Positions 26,644-39,748 of a stretch of 64,000 nucleotides of DNA are shown here, piece by piece. Under the pieces are notes generated by a model. It worked only from the letters and a program-made list of their open reading frames with translations. It made no database searches and was not told the origin of the DNA. The stretch is from positions 26,536,001 to 26,600,000 of the forward strand of contig NC_082722.1 in assembly GCF_030144855.1 (NCBI RefSeq), written 5' to 3'. A program made the translations under genes and the position numbers. This stretch comes from Hypanus sabinus (taxonomy: Eukaryota). Numbering within the stretch: position 1 is the stretch's first letter; the number at the start of each line of letters is the position of its first letter.

Positions 26644-27273
26644 GTAAGAACCCTAATAGCTGAGAAGTGTCACCTCTTTTCGCGCAAAATAGACGCCCTA
26701 AAGATATTCAACTTCACAAAGAATGAATGTCATTACAGCATGATTAGACATGGATTGTGATATTCGAACCTGATTACATTGATAATCATTAGGCACAACA
26801 CAAGCTGGATCTTCAAATGCAATGATTTCACCAGTTCACTCGCTGTATTTACATGATGCACCTTGTTCGTAAATGCCGCTATATTCTTTTGGAATACTTC
26901 AGATGTCGTTTTCAATACAATGGCAGATCCAATTTTGAAAAGGGAAGCAACTGGGGTAGGTCTAGGCTTACTTTGACTGTGTAAAGAACATTGATGAACT
27001 CGTGAATGTCTCTTTGATTTTAATTTCCATTTTAGCGACAGTATTTAAATGTAGTACGGCCACTCATATGCTATTTATGATCACTTTACAGCTTCGTTAA
27101 AAGTCGAAGACTCTTGACCATAGTGCCGTTATGTTGAAGACAACTGATACCACAAAAGGCTTTCTAAAAGATTCATAAATTAGGCAGTTCCTCTTACGCG
27201 ATGAATTCAATTAGAATTTGGCAAATAATCTCCAATTTTTCGAATGCAAATAATTTATTTTATTTTTCTTAAG

Positions 27274-27317
27274 GAATCAACACAAGTTCTTTGGACAGAT
27301 ATCAGAATGAAGAGACG
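27274..27317 (+). CDS. IgSF receptor exon 5, cytoplasmic (GINTSSLDRYQNEET)
   Basis: Acceptor tatttttcttaAG|, donor |GTAGGT, phase 1-0, 44 nt. The paralogous exon at 42189 has the same length and boundaries. Confidence 0.85.
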
Positions 27318-28852
27318 GTAGGTGAAGTGGCTTGTCTTCTTTCAGAGTGGTGTATACGTATAGCAGAGCTTTTATAAATTTATTTTATTCTAACATTTGG
27401 AAATCAGTAGGGAAGAATGAAACTATCCGACAGTTCTTTATCTTGAAGTACATATCCAAGATGTATTTGAATATTCCTGTTGATTCTGTTTCTTAATCGG
27501 GTGCACTAAGATGAACGGTAAGAAATACTATTGTAATTTAGGTTGTTAATCATACTTCATGTGACGAATAATTAAATACAAATCTAAGACTGAGGTATTT
27601 TAGATATCAAATGTCGGTTTACGAGAATTGCTATGTACTGGTCAATGGGGCAAATATGGTACACGCACGAATCAGTTCGCAATATATGTTACATTTGAAT
27701 TGACGGCAGATTATAAATGCAGCGAAATCTTGTTTTGGAAAGTCATTTGCCGTTTTTAACCCCGATTCCCAATAAAGATCTACACAACAGTGCATAACCT
27801 GCAATGGAATCGGATATGCTTCTTATTCACCGTGTAGTGTTTGGTGCAAAGTGATACCCACATGTTAAGGATACTCCATACTCCATGAGGCTACGCTGAA
27901 TTATCTTCCTCAATTTTGAAAACAATGGGTGAAACTTATAAATGTATTATCATCTCTCATTTTGGATTTAATCCAGAATTAAATCTCTCTAGCGACATAT
28001 TGGGAAAGAGAAAACGTTGTCCTTTCAAGTTTATCACCTCTCCCCAGAAAACAACATAAACGTTAAGTGTTTCTCTTTTGCTTTCTTGTTTCCTGATCTA
28101 CTGCGTGTTTTATTTGTTTATTTTACTTCAGAGTTTCAGCAATTCAATGTTATTATATTTGTCCCACCTGGATTCTCCTGTTAGCATGTATCGGTTGTAT
28201 AACGATCTGTCTAGAATTGGAAACGTCTTTTTTTGTTCCATTAATCAGCTTCCCAATTTTAGAGCATGTTTTTACGTTTTCGTAAGGATAGCTGCAGCAA
28301 CAACTTTTCCCAGCTGTTTTGTTCCACCTGGGTGGACTTCAACCTAAAGGCATGAACATTGGTATCACAAAATTTTGATACATAGTTCATCATCCCCCTT
28401 CTCTTTTTCTCTCTGTTCGCTATTATGGCTTCCTTTCACCTCTTCACTTCTTATCTGCCTATCACCTCCTTCTTCCATTTTTCCCAGGGTCCACAGTCTC
28501 CTCCTGTCAGGTACTTTCTTGCATCCTTTTCCTTTTCCAATCATCACTTCCCAGCTTCATCGTCATTCCATCCCCCAGTATACACACACCTCCTTACACA
28601 CATGTTTTCGCATATTACCTGCCATCTTGTATTCCCTCCCCACCTTCTTATTCGAGCTTCTGACTCCTTCTTTTGATCTCCTGATAAAGCGATTTGGCTA
28701 GTAACATAGACAGTTTATTTACCTTCATGCATGCTGCCTTACCAAATAAATTCAATCATTGTTTTTCATTGCATTCCTCAAGATCTCCAGCATCTGCGGA
28801 ATCCCTCGAGATGATCTTTCTTCCCTTGCTTTCACGAATGTAATTTAATTTT

Positions 28853-29434
28853 TACATGGAGTGACAGGGGGCGAAACCAAATGCAGGACACAGGCTCGCA
28901 GATAGGGTTGAGAGGTGTTTGCACAGTCGCAAACGTGGAACAGATAACCAGAAAGAACTTTGATACGGAACTCTGATATGGAGTCTTGATACGGAGACGG
29001 GGTTCTCATGGAATAACTTGAAACTATAGCTGAACTTAGAACGAACAGTTCTGAGCGGTCGGGAAACGAAGTAATCACATGGGAATAGACCAACGAACTG
29101 GCGGCCCGTGTTTGTTTGGCCACTGTTCTTACTCTGCAGTCTCCGATGGAAAACTGGTGTACTAGAACTAGAGAACTAGCAGCAATTGGAAATCTAACGA
29201 CTGGAACTAGGCATAATCAACTAGATAGGAGCGAGATGGGGGAGAGCCAGACGGGGCCATAACATTCATATGTAATTTGCAAACGAGGAAACACTAAAAC
29301 GCATGAAACGAGGAATAGCCATCCTTTCCAACGCCCATTATCAGCTCCATAATGAACAGGAATATCTGATAATAACCTAGGAACACTGATCCAACAGAAC
29401 ATTGGTGTTATTAATAGAAATGCCGAATTGTGAC
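28853..29434 (-). mobile_element. Probable decayed solo LTR in intron 5
   Basis: Minus strand starts TGTCAC and ends with CTGCATTTGG(T/G)TTC like the other LTRs here. Apparently absent from the paralogous intron near 45700. Confidence 0.45.
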
Positions 29435-29937
29435 AAAACAGTAGCCACAGGGCATGAATGAACAAAGTACCAACGTTCGTTCTATGAGTTGTGCGGCATC
29501 CACTGATTACAGCATTTGTGTGCATTCGGAGGTGTGACTGAGGAAACACCCGTAAAATCTATAGGCTGAACAGTTTGCGGCAATCAGATACATATAACAC
29601 AAACATGCATTTGTATTCTGAGTTAGCAAAATATTTTTACTATACATGCTGCTTCAAGGAGTTACCTAATCTCCCAACTCAATTATTTGAAGTTCATGAT
29701 AAGTAAGGAAAGAAACACTTATTGTTCAGTGGGACAACAGGAGCTGTTGGAGTTGAACTACCTAATGAATCAAAAAGGGAAAGTTTGATAAAATATTGAC
29801 ATAAACTTTGTGTAAGCGGCAGAAATGTAAAGTTGACAACTTATGAGTGCATCACTAATTTATTTTACAATTATTGATTCAACTTGTTCAACTCAATGGG
29901 TTCTCATTTCACTGCTGATTTTGAAATATTTTCACAG

Positions 29938-30039
29938 ACTAACAGAAATGGAGCTGACAAACTGACTTACGCTGCTCTGCAACTTCCCAATTCCAAGAAC
30001 ACCTCAGCATCCACTCATCAAAACGAACATACATTGTAA
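29938..30039 (+). CDS. IgSF receptor exon 6, terminal cytoplasmic exon with ITIM LTYAAL
   Basis: Acceptor tattttcacAG|, phase 0, TNRNGADKLTYAALQLPNSKNTSASTHQNEHTL then TAA at 30037-30039. AATAAA at 30282. Confidence 0.88.
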   Translation, partial: TNRNGADKLTYAALQLPNSKNTSASTHQNEHTL

Positions 30040-30710
30040 TCAGATGTAAATACATCAAAGAAACTGTGAAGCTGAGAATCCAACTGCAATTTAGAGCTAT
30101 AGACAATCAATGAGTGCAGACCTCGGTATTGCTTCTTTTAATTTCTTGTAATCAGACAAAGGTTGTTAATCGATATAACATTTATAATTTATGAAGATAA
30201 GGGATCAATACCGTCTTCGATTTGTTGGAAGCAATTATCCGTGGAAAAACTGAAAGCAAGTAATTCAGGAATAAGATTTGGAATAAACGATTCCGACTCT
30301 CTCTAGCGCCCAGTCATAATCGCCATTGTACAGTCCCCGATCATTTCAGGAAAGAAAACTACTTTGCCTGAAGTACCGCCCCACACGCAAGATTTTCTGT
30401 CCACAGTCCTCAGAGAATGAAAAAAAAATCAAGAGATAGGTCACCACTAGCGAGAGAAACTTTGCTGCAGGGTTAAAAAAACGCCAACTGAACAGTTATT
30501 CTTTGCACACATGTCAACGTTCAACAGAGGGGAATATATGTTTGAAGATGTGAAAAACATCGCAACATGTTCTCGCTATAACACCTCTGTATTTGAATAT
30601 TGATCAGTAAATATCGTATGCTGCAAAAAATGAGTCCTCTTCTGTTTCTTATACATTCACGGCTTGTTACTCAAAATTAGCTGTATAATACAAGTGCACT
30701 ATCACATGGT

Positions 30711-31809
30711 TGTCATGGTCCGATCTGTGAAATCAGCATTCTGGTTCACAGTCCGGTCGATGATCCTTATTCCATGCTCTCCGGGTTTCCCCAGTTTCTG
30801 TTGAGGCAGCTGATTCTTGTTTGGACTGGCTTCATAAACAGCGTCAGTGTTCACCATCGGGCTGCTGGATTGTTCCTGTCCTGACCCATTGTCTGTATCC
30901 CTTCCCTTCACCTACCTCCTGGAGACTAGCCTAGCCTAGCTTTGCCTTGCCTTGCCTCGCCTGGAGCCTTGCCTCGCCTTGCCTCTGCCTGGAGCCTTGC
31001 CACGCCTTGTGTCTGCCTGGGGCCTTGGCTCGCATTGCTTCTGCCTGGAGCCTTGCCTCACCTTGCCTTACCTCTAGCTGGAGCCTTATCCCACCTCGCG
31101 TTGCCTCTGCCTGGAACCTTGCCTCGCCTTGTCTGTGTCTGGAGCCTAGCCCAGTTTGGAGCAGTCTGTCTGTGTTTACGCCTTTGCTCGGTAGGTCAGG
31201 CCGTTTTGCCACTATCTGGCGTTGGGAACTGTCCTGGTGCTACGTCCTGTACCCAAGGAGGGGTCCCGACTCTTTATTTTGCGTTCCTGTCCTCCGTCGA
31301 CCCAGGCTAAGTGTTTTTCGTCCTGTTCTTCCTCGACCAAGTCAAGGCTTCGGGGTCTCGTCCAGTCCTAGCCTCGTCCAAGCCACGGCTTTGTGTTATC
31401 GTCTTGTGATGTGCCTCGCCCTTACCCAGCGTGAGCTGGGGTTCCCTCATCCTGTGCTGGGGTTCCCTTGTCCTGTCCAAGTGTCTCACGTCCAGTCCTG
31501 TAACCTCGTCATGTCGTCTCCTAGTTCTGGGTACGATCCTGAGTCAAGACCCAATTTCTGGGTCCTTGTCCGGTCTCACACTCGGAGTCCAAGTCCAGGC
31601 TCTTAGTTCCCAGCTCCATGTCCTGGTTCCGGTATCCTCGTCAAGTCCTAGCTCAAGCCCGGAATCCTTGTCTCGTCCAGGGCCTGCGTCATGTCCTGCG
31701 TCCTTTCTTCCCCTCTTTCCTTGCTTCCTTCTCACACCTAGTCCTGTTCCTGGTAGTTCATTGTCTGTGTCTTGCATTTGGGTCCACTCGCAACGCCCTC
31801 CATATGACA
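30711..31809 (+). mobile_element. Solo LTR (Gypsy-type) with 5-bp TSD
   Basis: TGTCA...TGACA termini, ATGGT at 30706-30710 and 31810-31814. Internal 28-bp tandem repeat; homologous to the LTRs at 52116-54135. Confidence 0.9.
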
Positions 31810-33319
31810 ATGGTAGTAACAGAAATCCCAGGGCACCAAAAATGCAAGAGAAATGCATGGCAACCTGTGTACCGGTCCCAGCCCACATTGAAGCAGCGGT
31901 TGATACGCACATGGTCACACTAAATGAAATCAGGTTTAGCCTAATCATAACATTTGACTGAAAAACGTCGACGTTGGAAAGTAGATTTATATATCAATCA
32001 CGTGTCTAGATGTGTACTCCTGAAGAAAATTTTGTTTCTCACACTGCTCCTCAGCGATTAATAACTTCACAATTGCCCAATAGAGCAAAACAAATCTGAA
32101 ATATGCCAAGTATTTATTTGGCCAAACGTCCGTATATTGACGCATTAATTGCTGGTAAGATAGATGTATGTGTGACACAACAGGGTGAGCATCCTGCTAT
32201 AATATTACATTATTGTTGCTCATCAGGTGGATAAGGTGCGGGACTGAGGAAAGTGGGGAACACGTACTGAGAACTCCGGCAGAGAAATAAATCCTCCGTC
32301 TGATAATGATAGAAACGTACACGCTTGGAAACAAGAGTTGACCGCTTTAGACCTGTTCCGCTGAATATGCTGTCTGAGATGGATCTCCTTTTGAGAATCG
32401 TTCATTCACTTCCTTCACTGTCAGTTCACATCTCAAATGTAGCCAATTCCTCCACTTTTAAACGCTGTTACCATATTTATTTTCAAGTAAAAATATACAG
32501 TTATATCGTGTTCGTAGTTGACAAGATCTTTGTACTCTTATCGTTCTTACTCATTTCTTTATCTACTCATAAAAAAACACAAATAGTCGTTTGTTATTTC
32601 TCTGAAAGGCAAAGTTACAAGAGTGACCAATTTCTCAAGGAATTGCGAAGCGCTGGTAATATTTTCCAACGTGCTTTTCAGGTCGTATTTAGTTTCATCG
32701 CAGCAGAATGTCGTTTCGAACGAATCAATGCTTGCTCGCACTGGAGAATGCCCTGCGTAAAAAAAAAGCACTCCCTAATACTGATGCAATAGAACGTCTG
32801 TACTATATTGATCTGACAAAAATATTGCAGTACAGTCTAATGAGGATGGAAGATAAATGCAATAATAATATAAATGATAACGGTTTCAGAGATTTTAAAT
32901 ATCTGTAAACCTGTAAATTCCTCCGAATCATCCCAATCAAGTCCATTCTGTCACTGCGACGGCCTGAAGATGGCACCATCACTAATTGCTACGCTGTTAT
33001 GAAGAAAAACCTCCACACCGCCCCCCCCAATTCTATCGCTTCGAGTTGTTACACTATTTTAGAAACATTCCTCTACTAATAAACAATCCAATAAATGTTA
33101 TGTTATATGTTTATCGTTAAACGATATCTTATTCTCTAAACGCCAGACGTAATGCTGAACCTTGGCTTCTCACTTTGATTCACTTCAGTATTAGAGGACG
33201 AAATCTCAGTTACAAATGCTTCGGCGAATCACTCAGGATGCATTCCACGCAAGATGGGTTTCACTAAACATCTTAAATAAATGTCACGTTGCCCTGCCGA
33301 CTGAGCAGCATTAATCCCA

Positions 33320-34230
33320 TGGTAACACGAGTGAATCTGCAGATGCTGGAAATAAATAAAAACGCAAAATGCTGGCAGAACTCAGCAGGTCAGACAGCAT
33401 CTATGGGAGGAGGTAGTGACAACGTTTCGGGCCGAAACCCTTCATCAAGAGTGAAGTAACATGGGATGGTCGAAGGGGGATAAGAAGTGGGGGGAGGAAT
33501 GAAGTAGAGAGCTGGGAAGTGATAGGCTGAAGGGAAATGTCCTAGGGGGAAGGTGGAGAATTATGGGAAATAAAAGTTAAGAAAGGTAGGGCTGGGGGAG
33601 ATTATAGTGAGGGGAGGAAAAGAGAGAGAAAGAGAACCAGACTAAAATTATAGATAGGGATGGGGTAAGGGGAGGCAGAGGCATCAACGGAGGTCTGTAA
33701 GTTGAATGTTCATGCGGGTAGGTAGGAGGCTACATAGGCGGGAGATAAGGAATTGCTCCATCAACCTGCGTGTGGCCTCATTTTGACGATAGAGGAGACC
33801 ATGGACAAACATATAGGAGTGGGAGAGGTCTGTGGAATTGAAATGTGTGGCCACAGGGAGATCCCGTCACTGCTGGAGGACTGTTCGGCGAAACGGTCTC
33901 CCAGTCTGCGGCGGGTCTCCCCAATGTATAAATGGCCACATCGGGGGCACAAGATATAGTATATCACCCCAGTTGTCTCGCAGGTGCAGTGGTGCCTCAC
34001 CAGCAATGACTGTCTGCGGCCTAGGATGGTGGTGAGGGAAGAAGTGTGGGGGGTAGGTGTATCACATTTTTTGTTTGCAGGGATAAGTGCCTGGAGGGAG
34101 GTCGGTGGGGAGGGATGGGGTGGGGTGGACTAATAGACAAGGGAGTTGCGTTTGGAGCGATCCCTGCGGAAAGCCGAGAGTGGGGGGGGGGAGGGGAAGA
34201 TGTGTTTGGTGGTGGGATCCCGTAGGAGGT
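33320..34230 (-). mobile_element. Penelope-like element 3' fragment
   Basis: GVIYYILCPRCGHLYIGETRRRLGDRF. Terminal hammerhead-like motif at 33421-33448 with core TTGATGA. Confidence 0.85.
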
Positions 34231-35079
34231 CCCGTAATCCCATGGTATAGTTTTCTTGGATGATCACGACATCTCCCATTAACTGTCTAATATAAATGCA
34301 TTGATCCGCCTTAATAAAACATGTATGAGTCGGTCGTTATTATATGTTTTTACAGAATTCCGCAATGAGCAAATTGGATCAAACTTTTCTCGCAGCGCTT
34401 GAAACACTCCACCAATCCACCCCATCTGTCACCGGTCGCACAGCTCCTTTTCACATTTATATATTGCGCATCTTCCCTATACTCTAAATCCCGTGTCTTC
34501 AGCTCAAAACATCAAACGCCCGCATACCTTCACCAGCACTGCCTGACCCACCTAATTCGTCGAGTACTTTCCTTTTATTTCACTTATTATTTCTCATGTT
34601 CAAGAATGCTTGTAAATATTCCGAGGAACAGCCGAGTTGATTATTAATTCCATGTAAGCACGGTATCTTTTACTCTAAAGCTTTACGTGTATATATTTAA
34701 ATAACATGTTAATATCGTGTTATTACAAAATAATAATGCTCATTTTTCATAAAAATAAGAATTTCAGTTAATTACCCAAGTTGCTCATCTATCTACCCGA
34801 CCTGCGTTTTGATGTCTCTTGTTAACTGAGTTTTGATTTCTCTTGTTTCCTTCCACTTTTTTCGGTTGTGCCTTCTAACCAGGATATGCATCGAGTTTTT
34901 ATTTCAGGCTTTTCTGAATCTGATTAATTGTCTTGTCTTTCATGCCTTTTGCCACTAGCACAGTCTTGTGGCTCTGCAAGTCATGTATATTTGTGTAGTG
35001 ATGAAGGTGCGTCCTTCATTGCGTGATTCTCATTAAAAAAACAAATTAAGTAATTTTTTTGTAGGAATGTGTGTTTGCA

Positions 35080-36071
35080 GTTTATATTTGGCTGACAGTC
35101 AGGAAGGAGAAGGATGTGAACAACCAGCACAGAGTACCCGTTGGCTATCCCCCTCACCAGCAGATATACCACTTTGGATACTGTTGAAGAAAATGACCGA
35201 TCAGGGGAAAGTCACGACGATCAGGTCTTTGGCACTGAGCCTGACTCTGCGACAAAAAAAGAAGTTCGCGGGGGTGGGGCGGGGAGAAGAGGCGAGCTGT
35301 GGATATAGCTGATTCTTTAGGGGAACAGGAAGGAGCTTCTGTGGATGAGAACGACATTTTTCGATGAATTTGCCTCCTGAGTGCTGGGGTCCAGGTGTTT
35401 GTAAGCTAAAATTAATCAAAAAAAAAAACATGAGGAACACTTGGCCAGACAGGAATTTTCTCCAAGGAGGGGACAATACGAAACATTGCTGTTCATGTTC
35501 GAGTGAAAAACTATCAACTTGAAGTGTTAAGACGATTTCTCTTTCATCCCATGGAGCCAATCCTGTCATCCCTGCCTAATGGTATCAAACAGCTGCATTA
35601 ATTTTGCAGACCAATACAGCTTCCTGCTATCTCAGCAAAAGAATGAAGAACATTCTGTCGAGATGCTTATGCTATCACAAGAGGCGGGATAAACTTGGGT
35701 TGTTTTCATTGGGGCGTCGGAAGCTGAGGGCTGATCCGATAGAGGTTTACAAGAATATCAGAGGCATAGATGGCGCACAGAGAGTATTTGTTGCTCAAAT
35801 TTGAAGTTGAGAGGAGGTGGGTTCAATGGAGATGTGAAAGGAAAGCTTTTTTACTCAGAGAGTCGTCGATGCCTGGAATGCCCTCTTTGGGATGGTGATG
35901 GTGGCGAGTACAATAGGGGCTTTTAATTAAAGCTTGGATAGGCACCTGGATATAAGAAAGATGAAGGAATATGAAAACAACTTAGGTGGGTGCGGTTAGT
36001 GTTTGGGTGTTTTGGTTTGCTTTTTAGCTGGGTTCGCGCAGCATTGTGGGTTGGATGGTCTGTTCCTGTGC
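35080..36071 (+). mobile_element. Decayed CR1-type LINE pieces (ORF1 remnant and 3' end)
   Basis: LAIPLTSRYTTLDTV ORF1-like remnant; KLGLFSLGRRKLRADPIEVYK and 3' UTR. Confidence 0.65.
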
Positions 36072-39027
36072 CCCTCGTGGCGGGAATTATCAGACCTTCA
36101 TCTTCCCCGGTAGGCGCTGGTTTCTTCTTTGTTGAAAAGAAGGACAGGTTTCTTCGTCCTTGTATTGATTAAAGAGGCATAAGCAGTATTTCACTTAAGA
36201 ATAAGTACCCTTTACCCTTCATTAAATCGGCATTTGAACCACTGCATGGAGACACAATTTTCTCAAAGCTGGACCTTCCTAACGCCTACCATCTAGCCAG
36301 GGTGCGGGAGGGGGACGAATGGAAGACGGCCTTGATTACACACCTGGGCCACACCGAACATTTGCCCATGCCGTTTGGCTTCACCAGTGCTCCTGTCGTT
36401 TTTCAAGACCTCATTAATGAGATACTGAGGGACTTTATTAATCGCTTCGTATTTGTTTGCTTCGATGATATCCTGATATTTTCTAGCACCACCCAAGAAC
36501 ACATTCACCATGTCCGTCAAGACCTCCAGAAACTGTGGGAAAACCAATTATATGTAAAGGAGGAGAAATGTGAGTTCCACGCTCCACTGGTCAGCTTCCT
36601 GGGTTCTATCATCGAGAGCGGGCACGTGAGAGCAGGCTCCGAGTAGATCCGGGCAGTGGAATAATGGCTAAGGCCCACGTCACGCAAAACATATCGACGA
36701 TTCCTGGGGTGTGCAAACTTCTACCGCCGATTTATCAGAGACTACAGTCGAGTGGCGTCCCCACTTACCGGCCATACCTCGAACACTATCCCTTTCTGTT
36801 GGGAACTCCGAAACTGACTCGGCGTTCACCGACTTGAAGAGTCGTTTCACCACCTCCCATCTTGGTCCATCCGGACCCAGCCCGTCAAGTCATTGGCGAA
36901 GTGGATGGCTCTCACTCCGGGATAGGAGCAGTCCTCTCCCAACGATCAAGTTCGGACCAAAAGATTCACCCCTGCGCCTTCTACTCTCGCCGACAGGCCC
37001 CCGCCGAGCGGAATTACCACGTGGGGCGTCGGGAACTCCTGGCGGTCAAACTAGCATTGGAAGAATAGAGGCACTGAGTGTAGGGGGTAGAATAACCGTT
37101 TGTGGTATGGACTGATCATTAAAATCTGGGGTATATTCAGACCGCCAAACGTTTGAACTCCCGCCAGGCCCGTTGGGCGTTATTTTTTGGTAGGATCAAG
37201 TTTTCCCTCACATCCCTTCCAAGTCCAAAAACGGGAAGCTGGACGCGCTCTCGCGTGAATACAACTGCAAGGAGGACACTTACAGCCAAGGGACTATTGT
37301 CACACAATCCTGCGTGGTTGCCATTCTCACTTGGGAGATGGTGACCAAGGTAAAAGAAGCCCAACGGGATGACCCGGGCCCCGGCAATGGAGCCGGCTAT
37401 CACCTGTATGTGCCCGGTTCCATCAGGTGTGAGTATCTCTAATAGGGCACACGTCTCGGGTCCCCTGCGACACCGGGATTGATTGGACACTAGCGCTCCT
37501 GAACAAACACTTCTAGTGGACGTCCATGGGAAAGGATACCATTTCCTATGTCTCGACATGTTCCATCTCTGCCCGGTGAAAACTTCTCATCGGCCATCTG
37601 CGGGGTTACTTCGTCCTGTACCTGTACCTGGTCGCACATCGCTCTGGACTTCGTCGCCGGTCCACACCGTTCAAATGGGAACACAACCGTACTCACCGTG
37701 GTAGACCGTTTCTCCAAGGCGGTGCACTTCGTAGCCCTCCCTAAACTCCCTTCCTCTCAAGAAACCGCAGTTCTTCTCGTCCGCCACGTCTTCCGCCTCC
37801 ACGTAGATATCGTCTCGGATCGAAGTCCCCAGTTCTTCTCACAGGTATGGAAGGCCTTCCAGTCAAGCCTTTGGTGCATCGGTTAGCCTGTCATCCGGAT
37901 TCCACCCTCAGACCAACGGGCAGACGGAATGGGTCAACCAAGACCTGGAGGTGACTATATGTTGTGTAACGGAAAATAACCCGTCGACCTGGGGCGACCA
38001 TCTCCCGTGGGTTGAGTACGCCCACAACTCTCCGGTGATCTCTGCCGTTGGAAGGTCCCTGAGGCAGCAACCCCCGCTGATCCCCGCGCCAGAAAAGGAG
38101 ATTGCAGTCCCGTCGGTTCGGGACCATATCGATCGGTGCCTTAAGGTTTGGGAGGAGACTCGCCCGGCCCTACTCAGATCAGGAAAACGCAATAAGAAGA
38201 CAGCCGCCCGACACCGGACTCCGGCTCCTGAGTACCAACCGGTGCAGATGATGTGGCTTTCATCCAAGGACATCCCGCTCAAGAACGGGCATAGGAAACT
38301 CGCCCCGCACTTCCTGGGACCATTCAAGGTCTAAAGTGTTATCAATCCCGCAGCAGTGCGCCTTAAACTGCCAGGATCCTTTCGAGTCCACGCGACTTTT
38401 CATGTTTCCCAGTTAAAGCCCCTTGAGTCCCTTGGCTGAGACTCCCCCACCTGCCCGTATCATCGATAACCATCCGGCATATACCGTCCGAAGACTACTG
38501 GATGTGGGAAGTAGGGAAAGGGGTTCCCAATAACTGGGAGATATGGAAGGGTACGGTCCAGAAGAGTGTTCCCGGGTCTCCCGATCATCCTAGATGCTTC
38601 CCTCATCCAGGATTTTCATCGTGACAATCCCGACGGGCCTGGAATATTGCCTGGGGGCTCCTGTTGTGGGATGGACTCTGTCATGGTCTCTTTTGGTAAT
38701 CCCCCACCTTGCTATTTACCTCAGGAATTTGGTCTCATTTCCGTCGTTTAGTTTCCAATCATTCCCAGGTTCCACCAACTACACACACACCTGCTTTCCA
38801 TCAGAAAGTGCGGGATAAAGACCCTGTGATCACAACAAGGAGCTGCCAGTTCGTTGATCGACTCCGGTGTGAGTAATCACGTTTCATGGTTCTCAGGGCT
38901 GCCAATTCTAAGTCTGGCATCGTTCCTGGATACTGATTCCACGCTCGCTACGTCAATAACGCCTCCCGACTCTGACTCCGCGCAAATTTTCTGCACTTGG
39001 GTTCGTTCAACTCCACGCTCGTATACA
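36072..39027 (+). mobile_element. 5'-truncated, decayed Ty3/Gypsy chromovirus (sushi/Tf2-like) with 3' LTR
   Basis: RT ([16 protein letters not shown]; CFDDILIFS), RNase H, integrase ([20 protein letters not shown]), GPF motif and chromodomain remnant. LTR starts TGTCA at 38679; many stops and frameshifts. Confidence 0.92.
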
Positions 39028-39616
39028 TAGAAATATGTTTTCAAAGAAGGTAGAGACATTTAAAGATGCGATGTTTCAATGGATTATCCTGTGGAGTGGA
39101 CTGAAGTGTTTCACAAATTGGAAATCTATATTCACAGTTAGTCCGTAGACCTAACAATAGCTGTGCTTAATAGTTGGAAACATCTTGATTGTTTTTGGCA
39201 TTGTCAGAAATATTAAATCATATGAATTCATAAAGCGATAAATTGAATACTTAAAACACAAATGTGCTTATACCTTCCTATGCTTTTCCACGCCAGTTAA
39301 CAATAAACAAAATCTATGCCGGTAAAACTACAGAGAAACAGGGTCTATCTCCAAAGCATTTACGATCAATGATGCATGTGCAGTCTTATTTAATTGTCGC
39401 CTAAGAGTAACCACGACAATCTCACAAGTGTTCAAATGAGGCAGGTTTGTCAGCCGGCTTCTTTTTAGCGCTCAGTAATCGGTCCAATTTACCGTTCCAT
39501 TCCTACACGCCATGAGTATAGTCTAATGAAGAACAGACAGTGATTCAGGGGGAATAAGTCGCAGTACTGTCATCTTTGATAGTTATGTATCGAGGAAAGG
39601 AACATTTGAATTTCAG

Positions 39617-39655
39617 GATCCCACGGCTCGGCAGAAAACTTATCTACTGCAGCCG
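39617..39655 (+). CDS. Candidate orphan cytoplasmic spacer exon (GSHGSAENLSTAA)
   Basis: Acceptor atttgaatttcAG|, weak donor G|GTATAT, 39 nt, phase 1-1, in frame with the exon at 39749. Confidence 0.4.
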
Positions 39656-39748
39656 GTATATTCTGACGCAGTGACATTTCTAGATTAGACAGTTTAAATG
39701 ACCTGAAGAGTTGTCTCTCCTTTGAACTTTCTCTTACAATTCATCCAG

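Noticed and set aside
30931-31961. Several long overlapping ORFs here and at 52076-53639
   Set aside because: GC-rich, low-complexity LTR tandem repeats open on both strands; not genes.
32942-33080. SILSLRRPEDGTITNC resembling an Ig E-F strand
   Set aside because: No B-strand Cys or Trp, upstream stop, no splice sites.
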